DNA from: Patescibacteria group bacterium
GTDB lineage: Bacteria > Patescibacteriota > Minisyncoccia > Phycocordibacterales > VMEP01
NCBI GenBank assembly: GCA_038065675.1
Contig: JBBTQM010000025.1
Coordinates: 1 to 38,691 of the forward strand
Direction: 5' to 3'
Length of the DNA stretch: 38,691 nt
The translations under genes were made by a program, and so were the position numbers. The notes below the pieces were generated by a model, which had not been told where the DNA came from, did no database searches, and saw nothing but the letters and a program-made list of their open reading frames with translations. Of this stretch, positions 35,178 through 38,691 are shown piece after piece; position 1 is the stretch's first letter, and every line of letters begins with the position of its first letter.

Positions 35178-35510
35178 ATGAAAAAAGTATTTGCAGTAGG
35201 TTCATCATTTATACTTCCGGCCATCGCGCTCGCGCAAGATGCCGGTTCGGTTCTCCAGACGGTTAGCAACATTTTCGGTTATTTGGTTCCGATTCTTATT
35301 TCTCTCGCCGTCCTATGGTTTTTCTGGGGACTTGTAGAATATCTCCGCGGAGGTGGCGAAGATAAAGAAAAAGGCAAGCAGACCATGATTTACGGCATTA
35401 TCGCGCTTTTCGTCATGGTATCCGTATGGGGATTGGTTGGGCTTATCGGCAATACGTTCGGTATACAGCCAGGCGGCGGAGCTATAATCCCGAACATCCC
35501 AAGGATTTAA
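35178..35510 (+). CDS. Secreted two-helix pilin-like protein, paralog 4
   Basis: Signal peptide ending ALAQ|D. Core ISLAVLWFFWGLVEYL-RGGGEDKEKGKQ-TMIYGIIALFVMVSVWGLVGLIGNTFGI is near-identical in pattern to paralog 3. Confidence 0.55.
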   Translation: MKKVFAVGSSFILPAIALAQDAGSVLQTVSNIFGYLVPILISLAVLWFFWGLVEYLRGGGEDKEKGKQTMIYGIIALFVMVSVWGLVGLIGNTFGIQPGGGAIIPNIPRI

Positions 35511-35552
35511 TTAAGCGAATAAATAACGCATACAGGCAAGTAGAAAAAATAT

Positions 35553-35852
35553 ATGGGATTTATCTCGATTGCGCACGCGCAGTCTCTTGCTCCGTTTGAT
35601 AGCTTTTTGAGCAGAGTAAGCTATTACATCCTAAATCCGCTGATAGGACTCTTTTTCGCTCTTGCTCTCATGTATTTTATTTGGGGGGTTGTCGTTTTTA
35701 TTAAAAATACTGACAATGAAACTGAAAAAGAGACAGGTAAAAATCACATGATATGGGGGATTATCGGGCTCTTCATAATGATAGGAGTTTACGGAATAAT
35801 CGGGCTTATCACAGGGACATTCGCGCCTGGCGTGCAGGTTCCGAGAGGATAA
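35553..35852 (+). CDS. Secreted two-helix pilin-like protein, paralog 5
   Basis: Short signal peptide ending AHAQ|S. Core FALALMYFIWGVVVFIKNTDNETEKETGKNHMIWGIIGLFIMIGVYGIIGLITGTF. Confidence 0.5.
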   Translation: MGFISIAHAQSLAPFDSFLSRVSYYILNPLIGLFFALALMYFIWGVVVFIKNTDNETEKETGKNHMIWGIIGLFIMIGVYGIIGLITGTFAPGVQVPRG

Positions 35853-35865
35853 ACGAAATTGATTA

Positions 35866-35898
35866 TTAAAAACAAAATCCGGTCTTGAAGGCCGGATT
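35866..35898. terminator. Bidirectional terminator (aaaatccgg-tcttgaagg-ccggatttt plus T-run) between the pilin-like array and the convergent minus-strand operon
   Basis: Hairpin flanked by an A-run upstream and a T-run downstream. Confidence 0.65.
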
Positions 35899-35978
35899 TT
35901 GTTTTTTCCGGACAAAAGAAAAAGGCAAGCTTGCGCCTGCCTCTGTCCATTTCCGCAAATTCTCGGAAACGGGAAGAA

Positions 35979-36674
35979 CTACTTCGGTTCATGATACACC
36001 TTGGTTGGTACCATTTCCCCTTGGTGCTTTGCCTTGAACCTGAAGGCGAAGTTGGCAATGTTGTTGTCGCCGAGCGGGGTTGGTTGTCTCGGGCAGAGCT
36101 CGAAAACTCTCTCCCTGACGTTTTTCACCAGGATGCACTTTTCCGGCTCTATGCGGAGCCAGCTAGATGGCGGGGTGATTACTTGTTCCGACCATCTTTC
36201 GAACACCGCTACGACAGGGATTACCGTGACGCGGCTTGCCGCCTTTGATTTTTCCCCATGGTCGGTTGTCGGCATTTTGCCAACCAGGAAGAGGGCAAGC
36301 GGTGCGATTAGAAGCACCCCAACCCAGAACGCTTTTTCTCCGGAACCGAACTTCCAAGTGAGCGCGACGGCGATGATTGCCGCCTGGCTCGCGAGGAAGA
36401 GATTCCGGTTGCCGGCCCACTCCTTCCAGAGAGGAACGTCGTCCTGAAACAACCACAGCATCCACAGGAAGAGGAGGTAGATGGCGAGAAATGTGAATAA
36501 GCCACTAATCCCCTTGAGGGAGCCAAACAAGTTCCACTTGTCTTTGCCGGCCTTGTCTCCCTCCTTTCCTTTAGGCAAATATTCCATCAGGCGTTGCACA
36601 GAGACCGTGGATGACGCTTGCCAGATAAGTATTGCCGCAAGAAGAACGAGGAAACCTATATAGAGGATACTCAT
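35979..36674 (-). CDS. Membrane protein co-transcribed with the SPFH gene (possible NfeD-like partner)
   Basis: 231 aa. About 4 N-terminal TM helices plus a soluble C-terminal domain. Start overlaps the stop of the upstream SPFH gene (36671-36674). The NfeD assignment rests on gene context only. Confidence 0.35.
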   Translation of the reverse strand: MSILYIGFLVLLAAILIWQASSTVSVQRLMEYLPKGKEGDKAGKDKWNLFGSLKGISGLFTFLAIYLLFLWMLWLFQDDVPLWKEWAGNRNLFLASQAAIIAVALTWKFGSGEKAFWVGVLLIAPLALFLVGKMPTTDHGEKSKAASRVTVIPVVAVFERWSEQVITPPSSWLRIEPEKCILVKNVRERVFELCPRQPTPLGDNNIANFAFRFKAKHQGEMVPTKVYHEPK

Positions 36675-37915
36675 GATTTCCTCCCTGTGCTACCGCCATC
36701 CGGCTGTTGCTTGAGAGATTCGCCGAGCGATGTACCAATACCAAGCAAGTCTGCGAAGCCACCCGAGCCGGCAATGATTGTTTTTTGGCCAGGGTTCAAA
36801 GTAATCGCTCGTGCTGCTTCTGTGCCGATTACTGCTTCAGCGCTTACCTCAAGCGACCCCTTAATCTTCGCAAGACCATCTGCTCTGTTAGTTAGAACAG
36901 CAAGTTCAGCCGCCGCGTCGCCCCTGCCGTGAAGTTCACGTTTTTGTCTTTCTGCGTCTCCCCCTATCACGGTGGCTTTCGCTTCGAGGGTGGCTATTGG
37001 TACTTTCCCGATGGCTGTGTTCAGGTCACGGTGGAAATTGATGAGCTTTATCTGTGCATCATGAATGGTTAAACCCCAGTCGTTTCCCTCCTCGACATCA
37101 GATTCTCCCACCATTTCTCCTACCAAGCGCTGAATTTCTTTTTTCAACATCTGATTGTAGTACTGAAGATTTCTTAGCACTATTGCCGGTGTAACTTGGG
37201 CAAATTCACGCAAAGCCATTGCTACTGCGGTATCTTGGATTTGCCGAATTGCTTCCACCATACTGCCTACTCTGGTCAGAAACGTTATATATCTTCCTTT
37301 TTTTATCCGTATGCGGATGATAATAACAGTTTCTGCTGTGACGCGGACATTGAGAGGGTCGTCTTCTTCGGCTGGTAGAAAATCCGTCGGCAAACCTTTT
37401 GGAAGTTTTTTACTGGGATGCCCAAAAGGGATCCTTATTGGAGGGAAGAACCCTTTAGGTACTTCTTTCTTGTCTTCTTCACGGAATATGTGTTCCGGAT
37501 CGGCGGGGAGTTCTTTTTGCATTACCAGCGCGGTTTCTTTTTGGAGCTGGCATATGAACAACGGAACAAACACAAGACCAGAACGGACTTCGGCGACAGG
37601 CCGGTTGAACAAAAGAATTGCCCCGAGTTCAGTCGGCTTGACGGTCCGGAAACTGGCGAATGTGTATAGAACTTGTGCGAGGAAAAGTACCTCGCCCCGG
37701 TTCCATTTTTCTCCGAAGACTTCCACAAAGTGTCCGCCGAGCCAAAGCACGGCTTCCAGTGCAAAAAGCACTCCATAGGTAATCCCAACTACCAGCCAAA
37801 ACCGCGAAGTTTTCGATTTTTCAGCCACAGGCGTCTCCTTTGCCTTTTTGCAGGCGAGAATAATCGTACTCCAAAATCCTGAAAGTTTTGATTTCCAAAT
37901 CTTCCACCAAGCCAT
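36671..37915 (-). CDS. SPFH/band-7 (stomatin-prohibitin-flotillin-HflK/C) domain membrane protein
   Basis: N-terminal TM helices. SPFH-like core with a flotillin/HflK-type C-terminal coiled region (…EAKATVIGGDAERQKRELHGRGDAAAELAVL…TEAARAITLNPGQKTIIAGSGG). GC higher than the window average. Confidence 0.55.
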   Translation of the reverse strand: MAWWKIWKSKLSGFWSTIILACKKAKETPVAEKSKTSRFWLVVGITYGVLFALEAVLWLGGHFVEVFGEKWNRGEVLFLAQVLYTFASFRTVKPTELGAILLFNRPVAEVRSGLVFVPLFICQLQKETALVMQKELPADPEHIFREEDKKEVPKGFFPPIRIPFGHPSKKLPKGLPTDFLPAEEDDPLNVRVTAETVIIIRIRIKKGRYITFLTRVGSMVEAIRQIQDTAVAMALREFAQVTPAIVLRNLQYYNQMLKKEIQRLVGEMVGESDVEEGNDWGLTIHDAQIKLINFHRDLNTAIGKVPIATLEAKATVIGGDAERQKRELHGRGDAAAELAVLTNRADGLAKIKGSLEVSAEAVIGTEAARAITLNPGQKTIIAGSGGFADLLGIGTSLGESLKQQPDGGSTGRKS

Positions 37916-38067
37916 TGTTGGCTCCTTGAGGACGGGTTGTCAAAGAAAAACTAATCCGGAGAAACTTAATCACAAAAATAGTAAAAAGTCAAGAAGTAGT
38001 ATATATTATTTTGCAGGCTTGCAAAATGAATTTATACCGCTATGTTAGGATATATTAATTGTTCTAT

Positions 38068-38139
38068 GGCGTAGTGGCGAAGTGGTAACGCTTCGGTCTG
38101 CAAAACCGACACGCGCGGGTTCGATTCCCGCCTACGCCT
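38068..38139 (+). tRNA. tRNA-Cys (anticodon GCA), U discriminator
   Basis: Acceptor GGCGTAG/CTACGCC. Anticodon stem TCGGT/ACCGA with loop CTGCAAA. T-arm GCGGG-TTCGATT-CCCGC. Confidence 0.8.
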
Positions 38140-38143
38140 CCGG

Positions 38144-38563
38144 ATGCAAAAAAATCAAAATTTTCACGTCGGTTTAAAGGCTTTCATAAACAAAAACGAT
38201 AAGCTTCTTATTCTTCGCGAGCCGGACCGCGGCAATGATTTTGGCAAATGGGGTCTGCCTGGCGGGCGCATACAGGAAGCCGAATCAAACACACCGCTTG
38301 ATAATGTTCTTAAAAGAGAAATATTTGAGGAATGTGGGAGGATAACCGTAAAAATAGGAGACATAGAAGGAGTGTGGAGGAGTCGTTCTCGCGGCGGTGT
38401 TTCCGTCTTCTTAATAGGGTTTAAATGCAATTATGTAAATGGTGATGTTATCCTTAACGAAGAACACGTTGAACACAAATGGATTGCAAAAGACGAGGCG
38501 GGGAAATATACTTTCGCGAGTGGTTATAAAGAAGCGATTGACAGTTATTTTTTAAAAAAATAA
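38144..38563 (+). CDS. NUDIX hydrolase
   Basis: Nudix box GLPGGRIQEAESNTPLDNVLKREIFEECG (Gx5Ex7REUxEExGU). Confidence 0.8.
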   Translation: MQKNQNFHVGLKAFINKNDKLLILREPDRGNDFGKWGLPGGRIQEAESNTPLDNVLKREIFEECGRITVKIGDIEGVWRSRSRGGVSVFLIGFKCNYVNGDVILNEEHVEHKWIAKDEAGKYTFASGYKEAIDSYFLKK

Positions 38564-38566
38564 TAC

Positions 38567-38648
38567 GCTCGGGTGGCGGAATGGTATACGCGGAAGACTT
38601 AAAATCTTCTGCCGATAAGGCTTGTGGGTTCGAGTCCCACCCCGAGCA
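38567..38648 (+). tRNA. tRNA-Leu (anticodon TAA), long variable arm
   Basis: Acceptor GCTCGGG/CCCGAGC. Anticodon stem GAAGA/TCTTC with loop CTTAAAA. T-arm GTGGG-TTCGAGT-CCCAC. Confidence 0.8.
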
Positions 38649-38691
38649 CAAGCAAAATATTTTTAAAATAAAAATATTTTGTTATAGTGCT

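Noticed and set aside
36001-37778. Plus-strand ORFs 36001-36447, 36618-36932 and 37311-37778
   Set aside because: Antisense to the SPFH and partner genes, which have coherent TM and domain structure.
1-38691. CRISPR arrays, rRNA genes, transposases or integrases
   Set aside because: No regularly spaced short repeats with unique spacers. No rRNA-like conserved stretches. No DDE, tyrosine or serine recombinase motifs were found in any frame.

Overview
The window looks like an AT-rich, compact bacterial genome fragment of Candidate Phyla Radiation (Patescibacteria) type. A short ValRS, many small secreted or membrane proteins, pilin-like genes and a DUF5667-like protein point that way. Conserved core genes are present on both strands: nrdH-like glutaredoxin, hsp20, prsW-like protease, valS, tsaD, trxB, the ybeY-ftsA-ftsZ block, rpsU, hisS, lepB, pth, rpsA, gyrA, a SAM methyltransferase and an orphan solute-binding protein. 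Eight tRNA genes are scattered through the window: Gly-CCC, Arg-CCT, Phe-GAA, Val-GAC, Ser-CGA, Glu-TTC, Cys-GCA and Leu-TAA. About 9.5-18.5 kb is an accessory, mosaic stretch with atypical GC content. It holds a GC-rich single-gene cassette flanked by 38-bp direct repeats, HIT and PCC-domain genes, and an AT-rich HExxH metallopeptidase-like gene. That peptidase gene is bracketed by 85-bp direct repeats, and its downstream flank carries repeated copies of the tRNA-Ser 3' end, as at an integration site. The stretch then continues with tRNA-Ser and tRNA-Glu followed by stacked hairpins, two uncharacterised proteins, a KAP-family P-loop NTPase, a P-loop kinase-like protein and an MGMT-like protein. 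The most striking unexplained structure is a tandem array of five divergent paralogous small genes at 33.8-35.9 kb. Each encodes an AxA-type signal peptide followed by two hydrophobic helices, resembling TrbC/VirB2 or T4SS-type pilins. An opposite-strand, GC-richer SPFH (band-7) gene and a membrane-partner gene follow it. Other oddities are: tRNA-end duplications next to tRNA-Gly, tRNA-Phe and tRNA-Ser; a GC-rich structured block at 27.65-28.26 kb carrying a 44-codon ORF with a canonical SD, a 2x55-bp tandem repeat and a strong terminator; and a dispersed family of GT-rich hairpin repeats. No CRISPR array, rRNA or recognisable transposase/integrase gene is present.
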